Assembly: GCA_964534045.1 (NCBI GenBank)
Contig: CAZHNO010000003.1
Coordinates: 37,323 to 101,322, forward strand
Direction: 5' to 3'
DNA from: an uncultured archaeon
GTDB taxonomy: Archaea; Iainarchaeota; Iainarchaeia; Iainarchaeales; JAAZKV01
DNA: 64,000 nt
Part shown: piece after piece, positions 27,868-36,930 of the stretch
Layout: every line of letters starts with the position of its first letter
How positions within the stretch are numbered: position 1 is the first letter of the stretch
The notes under the pieces: generated by a model
Databases searched by the model: none
What the model was told of the DNA's origin: nothing
The model's input: only the letters and a program-made list of their open reading frames with translations
Program-made: the position numbers and the translations under genes

Positions 27868-28173
27868 TTATTTAGAAGTGCTCTTTTGCACTTCTTTTTC
27901 CAATTTCTTCAACACATCCTGAACAGTTTCAATTAACTGCCAATTGGTTTCGGACGCAACAAACACTTTGTTATTCAATAATAACTTCGCTTTGACTTCA
28001 TGCTGCTTTCTAAGCCCACCTTTAGCATATTCTTTAACTGATAAAGTAAGCTTGTCTGCCCCTAACAAAGGCACTTTTGAAAAAAATCTCTCAAAATTCT
28101 TTACAAAAATTGCATTATCTATCTCATCTACTTTCGGAAACTTGATTAACTCTAAATTAGAAAAACGCTCCAA
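27868..28173 (-). CDS. HPF/RaiA-like ribosome hibernation factor (putative)
   Basis: TTG start with GGGGGAG RBS; beta-alpha-beta-beta-beta-alpha pattern ending FVASETNWQLIETVQDVLKKLEKEV, as in HPF-like modules; judged by eye. Confidence 0.65.
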   Translation of the reverse strand: MERFSNLELIKFPKVDEIDNAIFVKNFERFFSKVPLLGADKLTLSVKEYAKGGLRKQHEVKAKLLLNNKVFVASETNWQLIETVQDVLKKLEKEVQKSTSK

Positions 28174-28206
28174 ATTGACTCCCCCCTAACTTAAATAAAA
28201 ATACTA

Positions 28207-28228
28207 AGAAGTTATTAAAATAACTTCT
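28207..28228. promoter_or_regulatory. Perfect palindrome, candidate bidirectional BRE-TATA or operator
   Basis: AGAAGTTATT-AA-AATAACTTCT in the 69-bp gap between the divergent hpf-like and rsh genes. Confidence 0.7.
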
Positions 28229-28242
28229 ACTAAAAGTAAATT

Positions 28243-30033
28243 ATGTCTAACCTAGTTTTAAATGATGAAACTCTTGAGAGTGAAAAAAAAATTAAAAAAG
28301 CATTTGAAATAATTCAAAAAAGTGGTGAAAAAGAAATACTTTTACGGGCAAAGAGAATTTTGCTTGTTTTAAACAAAAAAAATATGGGTGCAACAACCAC
28401 TATTTCTGCAATACTTTACCCCCTAGTTGAAAAACAAAAAATTAGTCTTGAAGAAATAAATAATACATTTGGACAAGAAGTAATGTTAATCGCAAAAGAA
28501 TGTGTTAGAATAGAAGAAATTCTAAATGCAAATTACAAAAAAATACCCCCTGAAACTTTAAGTGCATTAATACTCTCAATTTCAACCGATTTAAGAACAA
28601 TAATTATTAAGATTGCTGATATTACAGATCAATTAAAAAATAATTCTAGTATTGATAAAAATAAATTTATTTTTTTTGCAAAAAATATATATTCCCCACT
28701 AACTGCAAAGCTAGGAATTTCTGATCTTGGCTGGCAAATTGCGGATTATTGTTTCAAACTAGAAAACCCACAAGGATATGAAAAAATAAAAAAATTGGTA
28801 AATAAAACTCGAGAAGAAAGAGAAAAACTAATTGAAGATATAAGAATTGAAATAGAAAAATTTTTGAGTGGAAAAATAAAAGTACATGTTTTTGGGCGCC
28901 CAAAAAACTTTTACTCAATTCATGAAAAATTAAAAAAAGTATCTTTCAAAGAAATGCATGACATTTATGGAATAAGAATAATTTGCAACAAAGAAAGAGA
29001 ATGCTATGAAATTTTAGGAAATATACATTCAAAATATAATTTCATTCCAAGCGCATTTGATGATTATATTGCCAAAGAAGGAAAGGGGCTTGGGAAAAAA
29101 GGCTATCAAAGCATACACACTGCAATAATAAGAAATAATGACGTTATTGAAATACAAATAAGAACTTGGCAACAACACCTAAAAACAGAATCTAGTATTT
29201 ACTGGGAATATAAAAGATTACGAAAAGATACTACTCTTGACAAATCACTAAGTTGGGAAAGGCAATTGGTGGAGTGGCAAAAAAGTATTGGGGAAGAAAA
29301 TAAAAACAAAAAAATAATTAGTGGAAAATTATTTGTTTTCACTCCAAAAAATGAAGTCATTACTCTTCCAAATAATTCAAGCGCGCTCGATTTTGCGTTT
29401 GCTGTTCATTCAGATATTGGAAAAAGAGTAAAACAAGCAAAAATTAATGGTGAACTAGTTCCAATAGAAACTAAATTAAAAAACTTGGACAAAGTTGAAA
29501 TAATTACTGATCAAAAAACAAAAATCAGGCCAGATTGGTTGAATATGGTGGTTAGTGAAAGAGCAAAAACAAAAATCAAAAGACACTTTGGATTAAAAAG
29601 TGCAATTGTAAAAAAGCAACATGCATCAGAACAAATTACAAAAAAAATAAAACTTGCTGAATGCTGTCATCCTCTGCCAGGGGAAGATGTAATTGGAATA
29701 AAAACCACTAAAAGAAAAATAATAATTCATAAACGAGATTGTAAAAACATAGCAAACATTTCTAAAAATAAAAAAATAGAAATATATTTTGAAAAGGAAA
29801 GAGGAAAAACAAAAATTAAAGTTTTGGCAATTGATAGAATTGGTTTACTGGCTGAAATTCTTGAAGAAATAAAAAGAAATAAAGCAACATTAAGTTCAAC
29901 AAACTTTAATATAAAAAAATCTGGGTATGTTGAAGCAATATTTGAACTTGAAATAAAAAATATAAATGCGCTTGAGAGATTAATTAATAACTTAGAACAA
30001 ATTCCATCAATACAAAGCGTTGATAGGGAGTAA
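28243..30033 (+). CDS. rsh: Long RelA/SpoT homolog (degenerate HD, synthetase, TGS, ZFD, ACT)
   Basis: GRPKNFYSIHEK, DIYGIR, DYIAK...GYQSIHT, EIQIRT, FVFTPKNEVITLP...DFAFAVHSDIG, AECCHPLPGEDVIG, C-terminal ACT (AIDRIGLLAEI). Confidence 0.95.
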   Translation: MSNLVLNDETLESEKKIKKAFEIIQKSGEKEILLRAKRILLVLNKKNMGATTTISAILYPLVEKQKISLEEINNTFGQEVMLIAKECVRIEEILNANYKKIPPETLSALILSISTDLRTIIIKIADITDQLKNNSSIDKNKFIFFAKNIYSPLTAKLGISDLGWQIADYCFKLENPQGYEKIKKLVNKTREEREKLIEDIRIEIEKFLSGKIKVHVFGRPKNFYSIHEKLKKVSFKEMHDIYGIRIICNKERECYEILGNIHSKYNFIPSAFDDYIAKEGKGLGKKGYQSIHTAIIRNNDVIEIQIRTWQQHLKTESSIYWEYKRLRKDTTLDKSLSWERQLVEWQKSIGEENKNKKIISGKLFVFTPKNEVITLPNNSSALDFAFAVHSDIGKRVKQAKINGELVPIETKLKNLDKVEIITDQKTKIRPDWLNMVVSERAKTKIKRHFGLKSAIVKKQHASEQITKKIKLAECCHPLPGEDVIGIKTTKRKIIIHKRDCKNIANISKNKKIEIYFEKERGKTKIKVLAIDRIGLLAEILEEIKRNKATLSSTNFNIKKSGYVEAIFELEIKNINALERLINNLEQIPSIQSVDRE

Positions 30034-30087
30034 TCAAAAAACTTTAATAACCTATACTTGATATATCCTTAGTAGGGGGAGTAAATT

Positions 30088-31296
30088 ATGAATTTTAAAA
30101 TATCAATCACAATTACAGTTTTATTAATCTTATTATCGTTTGTTTCTGCAGCAGCACCACAAACAACACAATTTAATTATTATCCAAGCCCTGCTGTGCC
30201 TGGAGATATCATAACAATATTAATACAAGTCGAAAATTTAGAAAACTCCTCACAAAGTGATGTAAAAGTAAAAATTGATAATATATATCCATTTAGTGTA
30301 GAAGAAGAAAGTGAAAAAGAAATTGGGAATATGGGGCCATATGCAAAGGCATTGGTTCAATTTAAAATATATGTTTCTCCAAGTGCAGAAAACAACACAT
30401 ATACAATTCCAATAACAATAACCTCAAAACAAGAGCCAATTGGTAAAACAACAAACCAATCAATATTGATAAGTGGCAAAGAACCAATTGTAAAAGTCAT
30501 AAATATATCAGATAGCCGATTAGTGCCTGGACAAGAAAAAGAAATTATTTTTGAATTACAAAATATTGGAACAAGCACCGCATATGATATAATATTTGAA
30601 TTAGAGGAAGATAGAACTGTTGTGGCAACAGGGGCTGTTGTTGAAAGAGAAATAACTCCCTTAGGATCAGCATTAGGATATATTGAAAAATTAGAGCCAA
30701 AAGAAAAAAGTAGTGCGCAAGTAAAACTAAGTGTGAACAGAGAAGCTAGTCTAAAAAATTACACTTTACCAATTACAGTTTCATACAGAAATAGTTCAGG
30801 AACAAGAACTAGCGAAACATCATACATTGGTTTCAAAATTGCTGGAGAAGTAAATTTAGATTTTGCACTAAAAGAAAATGTATATTTAATTGCTGGACAA
30901 ACCGAAACAATAACTTTGGAAATGTTCAACAAAGGTGCTGGAAAAGCAGAATTTACAATAGTAAATCTTGATGTCTGGTTTGGTTCAATTGATAAAGAAA
31001 AACAATTCATTGGTTCGCTAGAACCAAACGATGTAGATTCATTCAAAACTACTATTACTGTTTTTGATGACATTGAGACAACTGATACAAACATTAAAGC
31101 TTTTGTTGAATACCAAGACACCGATGCAAAAATAAAAACAATTGTGGTTGATATTCCCATAAAAGTTTATTCAGCTGCAGATGGTGCAGTGACAATGGGA
31201 ATAAATCCATTCGCAGGAATAATTAACATAATAATATTAGCAATAATTGTGTTCGTTGGATGGAAAGTTTACAAAAAGTTCAAAAACAAAAATTAA
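30088..31296 (+). CDS. COG1361-like S-layer domain protein
   Basis: Signal peptide, repeated Ig-like segments (PGQEKEIIFELQNIG, IGSLEPND), C-terminal TM with basic tail. Confidence 0.8.
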   Translation: MNFKISITITVLLILLSFVSAAAPQTTQFNYYPSPAVPGDIITILIQVENLENSSQSDVKVKIDNIYPFSVEEESEKEIGNMGPYAKALVQFKIYVSPSAENNTYTIPITITSKQEPIGKTTNQSILISGKEPIVKVINISDSRLVPGQEKEIIFELQNIGTSTAYDIIFELEEDRTVVATGAVVEREITPLGSALGYIEKLEPKEKSSAQVKLSVNREASLKNYTLPITVSYRNSSGTRTSETSYIGFKIAGEVNLDFALKENVYLIAGQTETITLEMFNKGAGKAEFTIVNLDVWFGSIDKEKQFIGSLEPNDVDSFKTTITVFDDIETTDTNIKAFVEYQDTDAKIKTIVVDIPIKVYSAADGAVTMGINPFAGIINIIILAIIVFVGWKVYKKFKNKN

Positions 31297-31322
31297 TAAA
31301 CAAGCAAACAATATTTATAATC

Positions 31323-32057
31323 ATGAATAGATTAAAAACGGGAATCGGCGGTTTTGATCAATTAATAGAAGGTGGCTTCCCAGAAGGAAGAAGCTTCTTG
31401 ATTAGTGGAGGAACCGGAACAGGAAAAACTATTTTCTCAATGCAATACCTTATCAAGGGTGTTGAAGATGATGAACCAGGAATATATTTAACTCTTGATG
31501 AAAGACCAGACTTGATTAGAGAAGATATGTTAAGATTTGGGTGGAATTTAAGGCAATATGAAGATGCAAAAAAACTAATGATTATAGATGGAACAATTGC
31601 AAAAATTGGAATTCCAAGTGACGAAGAATTTTCATTACCAGCAACAGGATTTGATTTAGATAAATTATTATTAGAATTAATGAAGGCTATAAAAAAAATT
31701 GGTGCAAAAAGAGTTGTTATTGATTCGATTCCTGCACTTGGAATGAATTTTGAAAGTGAACACGATATAAGAAAAGCAGTGTTGAAAATGGTTTATTTAC
31801 TTTCAAGAGCAGGAGTAACAACAGTACTCACAACAGAAATAGACCCAGAATCTAAAAAAGTTGGAAAATATGGTGTTGAAGAATTTGTTAGTGACGGAGT
31901 AATAGTTTTACACTACATGGGAATTGGAACACAAAGCAATAGAACTTTACACATAAGAAAAATGAGAGCAACAAAACATTCAGAAGATTTACACCCCTTA
32001 GAAATAACTGAGTTTGGAATAAAAGTTCATAATGTTGAAGATGATTATGAAGTATAA
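31323..32057 (+). CDS. KaiC/RAD55-like single-domain RecA-superfamily ATPase
   Basis: RLKTGIGGFD.LIEGG.P, GGTGTGKT, RVVIDSI, EEFVSDGVI.L, IRKMRATKHS. Confidence 0.9.
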   Translation: MNRLKTGIGGFDQLIEGGFPEGRSFLISGGTGTGKTIFSMQYLIKGVEDDEPGIYLTLDERPDLIREDMLRFGWNLRQYEDAKKLMIIDGTIAKIGIPSDEEFSLPATGFDLDKLLLELMKAIKKIGAKRVVIDSIPALGMNFESEHDIRKAVLKMVYLLSRAGVTTVLTTEIDPESKKVGKYGVEEFVSDGVIVLHYMGIGTQSNRTLHIRKMRATKHSEDLHPLEITEFGIKVHNVEDDYEV

Positions 32058-32210
32058 ATAAAAAAAAACTTTTTCTGCAAATAGAAAAATATTTCAAAAA
32101 AAATATTTTTTAAAACAAAAAAATAATTTTCAAACAAAATTACAAAATAAAAAAGTTTAAATACAAGTAAACATTAACTATTTCAATTAAAATTTATGGA
32201 GGTAATTGAA

Positions 32211-32288
32211 ATGGCTAAAAAGAAAGCAGTTAGAAAAGCAAAAAAGAAAACTGTAAAAAGAAAAGTTAAGAGAAAAAAAAGATTGTAA
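32211..32288 (+). CDS. 25-aa Lys/Arg-rich peptide
   Basis: GGAGGT RBS at 32198-32203 then MAKKKAVRKAKKKTVKRKVKRKKRL*; below the ORF-track cutoff. Confidence 0.6.
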   Translation: MAKKKAVRKAKKKTVKRKVKRKKRL

Positions 32289-32395
32289 GTGAGTATTTTT
32301 TGTGAAAAAAATTTGGGGAAACTTTTTGTTTCCCTTTTCTATTTTTTAAAAAAAGTCAAGTAAAAAAAATTGAATTATTTTTAGAAAAAATTATA

Positions 32396-32469
32396 TGGGG
32401 TTGGCGAGATTTGAACCCGCGACACCACGGTCTTCAGCCGTGTGCTCTCCCAGGCTGAGCTACAACCCC
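32396..32469 (-). tRNA. tRNA-Phe(GAA)
   Basis: GGGGTTG...GCTCAGCCTGGGAGAGC-A-CACGG-CTGAAGA-CCGTG...GCGGG-TTCAAAT-CTCGC-CAACCCC-A. Confidence 0.97.
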
Positions 32470-32520
32470 ATTAAATAAAATTAACTGACAAACCTTTTTA
32501 AAGTTCTATACTGCCTTTAG

Positions 32521-32593
32521 CGATCCCGCAGGGATTTGAACCCTGGACACCCAGATTAAGAGTCTGGTGCTCTACCAACTGAGCTACGGGACC
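32521..32593 (-). tRNA. tRNA-Lys(CTT)
   Basis: GGTCCCG...CCAGA-CTCTTAA-TCTGG...CAGGG-TTCAAAT-CCCTG-CGGGATC-G. Confidence 0.97.
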
Positions 32594-32643
32594 ACGCTTT
32601 CATTGTTAAATAAAATTATTTTAAGAGAATTTATAATTGTTTG

Positions 32644-33000
32644 TTAAATCATCTTAACTACTTTTTCAATACAAAATAAAATCACACCTTTGCATGGACA
32701 ACCTTTATTTTCAGGAATGCTTTTAGCCAATTCTAAATATTTTCCATTTTGAAAATATTTTGCCTTTCCGATTAATTCATATCCTGTATTTCCATCAAAA
32801 ATTGACAAACAAACATTTGGATTCATTAAAACATTTTCTTTTGTTTTTCTCATATAATTGTCAGTAATTAAGACTTTATTTTTAGAAACAACTTTTACAC
32901 ATGACACAAATATTGAGTGTGGGCAGAAACTAGAATTACATGTGGATAAAGAAAGCCTATTTTTTTCAACTAATAATTTAAGTTCATTTGAAATTTCCAT
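32644..33000 (-). CDS. Pyridoxamine 5'-phosphate oxidase-like FMN-binding split-barrel protein
   Basis: LSTC...PH, ITDNYM.KT.EN...NPNVCL, GYELIGKA.Y...G, CKG; start reassigned to ATG 33000 because the longer ORF overlaps tRNA-Lys. Confidence 0.8.
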   Translation of the reverse strand: MEISNELKLLVEKNRLSLSTCNSSFCPHSIFVSCVKVVSKNKVLITDNYMRKTKENVLMNPNVCLSIFDGNTGYELIGKAKYFQNGKYLELAKSIPENKGCPCKGVILFCIEKVVKMI

Positions 33001-33017
33001 ATTAATAAATCCTAAAA

Positions 33018-33090
33018 CGACCCCGCAGGGATTTGAACCCTGGACACCTGGATTAAAAGTCCAGTGCTCTACCAACTGAGCTACGGGGCC
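33018..33090 (-). tRNA. tRNA-Lys(TTT)
   Basis: GGCCCCG...CTGGA-CTTTTAA-TCCAG...CAGGG-TTCAAAT-CCCTG-CGGGGTC-G. Confidence 0.97.
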
Positions 33091-33160
33091 ATTAAATTTT
33101 TAATTTTGGCTCACCAATCAAAGAATTTGCTCTGGAAACATTTAAAAATAATTGGAAATG

Positions 33161-33862
33161 CTAAATAATGCCTAGTGCTTCTTTAACTCTGCGCTTCTCT
33201 AAGCTTAAAACATATGTAAAATCAATGTTTGTTGTTGGGGTTTTTTTGAAAAATCTATCTATTATTGGGCGCAAATTTCTTTCTTGCTTGTGCAAATGTG
33301 TATTCTTCCCTGAAAAACTTCTTTTAGAACTTAAAACAGAAACTTGAACATTTAACTTACCAGCTAATATTTCTTCTCTAAATTGTGCTAAAAGCTCCAT
33401 CATTAAATATTCAGACGGGTGCATTCCAATTTCTTTTGCTAATTGTTTAGACATTTGTCTTTCTTTAAATCTTGACCACCACTCAGTTCCTCCTTTAGAA
33501 TCATGCGGTAAATATTCATTTCTTATTCTTTGAATTGATTCAATTTTTAATATATTATAAATGGGCATTGTATAACCCATAACAAAACGAGGAACTTGCT
33601 TTGAGTCTTTCAAAACCAAATGTGGATAATATGCCGCATAGGGATGAATAAAATTACTAACCCCCAATCTTGCATCATCATAAACCCACATGTTTGATTT
33701 AAACAAATGTTTTTTACTGAATGAAAAAAGTGAATTCTTTATTGGCTTTAATTTGGCTTGCTCTCTTGTTGAAAACGGAATTACATTTAAAGAACGTTGG
33801 TGAATTGGTTTAGCACGCATTGAACCTTCTCTCCAACGTGGACTTTTTGTATGTTTAGACAT
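33161..33862 (-). CDS. Basic hypothetical protein
   Basis: Long ORF divergent from trm56; start chosen at MSKHTKSPRW to avoid overlap; no firm family. Confidence 0.6.
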   Translation of the reverse strand: MSKHTKSPRWREGSMRAKPIHQRSLNVIPFSTREQAKLKPIKNSLFSFSKKHLFKSNMWVYDDARLGVSNFIHPYAAYYPHLVLKDSKQVPRFVMGYTMPIYNILKIESIQRIRNEYLPHDSKGGTEWWSRFKERQMSKQLAKEIGMHPSEYLMMELLAQFREEILAGKLNVQVSVLSSKRSFSGKNTHLHKQERNLRPIIDRFFKKTPTTNIDFTYVLSLEKRRVKEALGII

Positions 33863-33913
33863 AAATAAGTTGATTAAAAAATTCTTATTAAATGATTCCT
33901 TCCAAAAATAAGT

Positions 33914-34444
33914 ATGCAAGAGATAATTATTTTTAGATATGGGCATAGGGCAGTGCGAGATTATCGTGTGTCAAGCCATTGTTCATTAGTTGCTAGAGCA
34001 TTAGGCGCAAAAAAAATAATTATTTGTGGAGATAAGGATTTGTCTATGAAAGAAAGTGTGGATGATATTAACAAACGTTGGGGGGGCAAATTTGAAGTTG
34101 ATTTTGTTGAAGATTGGAAAAAAGAAATAAAAAAAATAAAAAAACAAGGTTATTGCTTAATTCACTTAACGATGTATGGCGAAAGTATTGTTAAAAAAGA
34201 AAAAGAAATAAAAAAGCAAGGAAAAATTTGTATAATCATTGGTTCGCAAAAAGTAGAAAAAGAAGTTTATTATCTTTCAGACTATAATATTTCAATAACT
34301 AATCAACCACATAGCGAAATCGCAGCATTGGCAATAACCATTGATAGGTTATTGGGCGGGAAAGAACTAACAAAAAATTTTTCCAATGCAAAAAAACAAA
34401 TTATTCCACAAAAGCAGGGAAAGCAAGTTATTGATTTAAAATAG
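33914..34444 (+). CDS. trm56: tRNA (cytidine(56)-2'-O)-methyltransferase (SPOUT)
   Basis: RYGHRAVRDYRVSSH..LVARALGA, HLTMYG, IGSQKV, NQPHSEIAALAI. Confidence 0.93.
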   Translation: MQEIIIFRYGHRAVRDYRVSSHCSLVARALGAKKIIICGDKDLSMKESVDDINKRWGGKFEVDFVEDWKKEIKKIKKQGYCLIHLTMYGESIVKKEKEIKKQGKICIIIGSQKVEKEVYYLSDYNISITNQPHSEIAALAITIDRLLGGKELTKNFSNAKKQIIPQKQGKQVIDLK

Positions 34445-34465
34445 TTTTCCATAGGATAATATTAT

Positions 34466-35002
34466 ATGCCTCAAAAATCTATAACTGAGCTTAGCCTTGT
34501 GCGCGACTTTTTAGAAACGCTTGGAGGCAAGGAAGTTGTAGATCTGGTAAAAATTTGTGAAAGAAAGAGAAAGGCATTCACTGATGAAGACATTTCTAAG
34601 AAAATGGATATGAAAGTTACTGAAATAAGGGCTTTATTGAATAAACTACATTTTAGGGGTATTACAAGCTATCAAAAGAGTAGAAACCAAAAAACAGGAT
34701 GGTATAATTACACTTGGGACTTAAATAAAGAACGATTAGCAGAAATTATAATCAGTCAACAAAGGGACCAATTAGATAAATTAAGCGAAAAAAAGGTAAT
34801 AGAAGAGGATTATAATCTTTTTGATTGTAATGGTTGTAATGAAAGGCTTCCGTTTGAAATAGCGGCAGAATATAATTTTATATGCCCCAGTTGTGGAAAT
34901 ACAATGGATTCTACAAATAACCCTCAAAAACAAAAGGAGATAGTTAAAAAAATCAAAGAAATAGAGAAACAAATAATGATTTTGAACGAAATGAAGATAT
35001 AA
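34466..35002 (+). CDS. tfe: Transcription factor E alpha subunit
   Basis: wHTH (TDEDIS...IRALLNKL, TGWYNYTW) plus C..C...FEIAAEYNFICPSCG. Confidence 0.93.
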   Translation: MPQKSITELSLVRDFLETLGGKEVVDLVKICERKRKAFTDEDISKKMDMKVTEIRALLNKLHFRGITSYQKSRNQKTGWYNYTWDLNKERLAEIIISQQRDQLDKLSEKKVIEEDYNLFDCNGCNERLPFEIAAEYNFICPSCGNTMDSTNNPQKQKEIVKKIKEIEKQIMILNEMKI

Positions 35003-35176
35003 AAAACACATAAAGTTGGACAAATATAAAAAATAAGAATTAAAATAATTAAAGAACAAATATAGCTTTAAATTTACTAAAAGCCAATAAAATTGGTTTT
35101 TAAAGCTTTTAAGAATATTTTTAGGTTTTTTAAGAAAAAAAAAGTCCAAAAAGAGCTTAAAAGCGAGCAAAAACAT

Positions 35177-35251
35177 AGTGGGGTAGGGCAGCCTGGAGTG
35201 CCCGTCGGGCTCATAACCCGAAGGTCGGAGGTTCAAATCCTTTCCCCACTA
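35177..35251 (+). tRNA. Initiator tRNA-Met(CAT)
   Basis: A1-U72 acceptor AGTGGGG/CCCCACT, three G-C pairs in anticodon stem TCGGG-CTCATAA-CCCGA. Confidence 0.96.
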
Positions 35252-35664
35252 CTATTCTAATCAAAAAACAACCAAATAATAAGAAAAATCAAATACTCAA
35301 AAAAAGTCATTTTTGAAACTAATTATAATTTAAGCAAAAACAAGCAATTTAACAAGTATCACACTAACAAACAAACAGATAGTTTGTGCAAATCTATAAA
35401 TACCCCAATAGTTCCACTAATCACTTTATACAGAAAATCACTCATTTCAAGAATTTTTAAAAAAATTAAAAATCTATTCAATAATTTACATATCACTTTT
35501 AAATAAAATTTGCTAATTAAGACAAACTAGTAATTACTACTAAAAAGATATTAAAAAAATAAGCGCACTTTAACAAAAAGTAGCTTATTTTGGTAATTAC
35601 CTTTCATTACTATAATTAAGCTTCATTACCGTAAGTCTTTTAAGTAATTACGCTCAATATAATA

Positions 35665-36108
35665 ATGATGAGCATATTAAATTTTTTAAAAAAAATATTT
35701 ACCAAAAATAACATACATGCAACCGAAAGTGAAAATGCAGTAGATAAAGCAATTTACTCTGAAAAGCAATCAAATATAGCAAATGACACCCAAATACTAT
35801 CCATTTGGGACATTATAAAATGCACTGAACATACTCAAGCATATCACCTAGTGAGTGTTATTCCTTATGATGAATGGATTGATATGAGTGAAATAATGCG
35901 TAGAATATGGGACTTATTTCAAATAGAATACAAAAATGATCGTAGTTTATACCCTTATTTGAAAACAATGGTTGATTTGGGGCTTATTGAAACTAGCAAC
36001 ATTGGTGGAAAGAGAAAATGGAGAAAAAAGGACTTATTGGTAAAGATAAGTGAAAATAAAACTGAAAAAGAAACAATTAGCTTAGATAATTTAATAAAAG
36101 CCCAGTAA
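35665..36108 (+). CDS. Winged-helix DNA-binding protein (putative)
   Basis: MSEIMRRI...LYPYLKTMVDLGLIETSNIGGKRKWRK fits the wHTH recognition helix and wing. Confidence 0.7.
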   Translation: MMSILNFLKKIFTKNNIHATESENAVDKAIYSEKQSNIANDTQILSIWDIIKCTEHTQAYHLVSVIPYDEWIDMSEIMRRIWDLFQIEYKNDRSLYPYLKTMVDLGLIETSNIGGKRKWRKKDLLVKISENKTEKETISLDNLIKAQ

Positions 36109-36238
36109 AACAAGCAAGATAATAAGTAATCATGAGCTAAAAACACAGTTTCTAGGACATATTTTTGAAACAACATTAAAATTAAAAGAATTGAATTAAA
36201 TGTGTTTAAATTAGAAAATAAGCTTATTTAAGAAGTTT

Positions 36239-36832
36239 TTACTCTTTCAATGTCTTATAATTATTATAAAATTCAGTTAATTCCTTAGATTGTGAATAAA
36301 TATCTTTATTGAACCAATCTAAATCAACAATTGATTGTGCTTCGCTGATTAACTGCGCCTTATACACTGGTTCAACTTCTTTTTCAACCGCTCTTTTTAA
36401 TTCAGAGCCTAATTTAACTAACCCTTCACTTCCATCAATATATTTCCTTGAAACTAGTCCTTCAACTGCTTTTACAATATCAAGCTCAGGAATATCTTTT
36501 TCATTCAAAAAGTAAGTACACTTCCAATCACCCTTAACTGCCCAAGCATGAGTTGGATTGTGCCCTGTTTTAAAAAAATCTTGCAATGATTGAAATGCTG
36601 AAGGTGGGATAATAACACAATTTTTCCCTGGCCTTAAATAAGGATAATTTGAAAGGATTCCTTTTCTATGATAATGATACATTTTGCCATTTGATTTGTA
36701 AACCGCTTGAGTATAACCATAAATGGCTCTAAAAAGCTTTTGATAAGTATATGATGAATGTTTTATGTTTTCAGGTAAGATAAAACGATATTGAACAAAA
36801 TAACCCCTTACTGACACACCCAACACTTCCAT
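36239..36832 (-). CDS. Conserved-looking hypothetical protein (Tyr-rich N-domain, possibly ferredoxin-like fold)
   Basis: 197-aa ORF; YQKLFRAIYGY...YHYHRKGIL...CVIIP segment; fold is inference. Confidence 0.7.
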   Translation of the reverse strand: MEVLGVSVRGYFVQYRFILPENIKHSSYTYQKLFRAIYGYTQAVYKSNGKMYHYHRKGILSNYPYLRPGKNCVIIPPSAFQSLQDFFKTGHNPTHAWAVKGDWKCTYFLNEKDIPELDIVKAVEGLVSRKYIDGSEGLVKLGSELKRAVEKEVEPVYKAQLISEAQSIVDLDWFNKDIYSQSKELTEFYNNYKTLKE

Positions 36833-36930
36833 TAATATATATAAATAAAAAAATTTTTTATTTTCTTATGTATATATGTTATATATAACTTATATTAATA
36901 TTTAACTTTTTTTAAGAAATTTTTTCAAGA
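36831..36930. other. 92% AT tract, candidate DNA-unwinding element
   Basis: Counted 8 G/C in 100 nt, with alternating TA runs, next to the 16-bp repeats. Confidence 0.4.

Noticed and set aside
32211-32288. Ribosomal protein L41e call
   Set aside because: Same size but lacks the Trp/Arg pattern of L41e; composition is H1-like
34781-35236. 151-aa minus-strand ORF and the 5' part of ORF 32644-33075
   Set aside because: They overlap tRNA-Met and tRNA-Lys; these are the typical spurious tRNA-antisense or tRNA-derived translations
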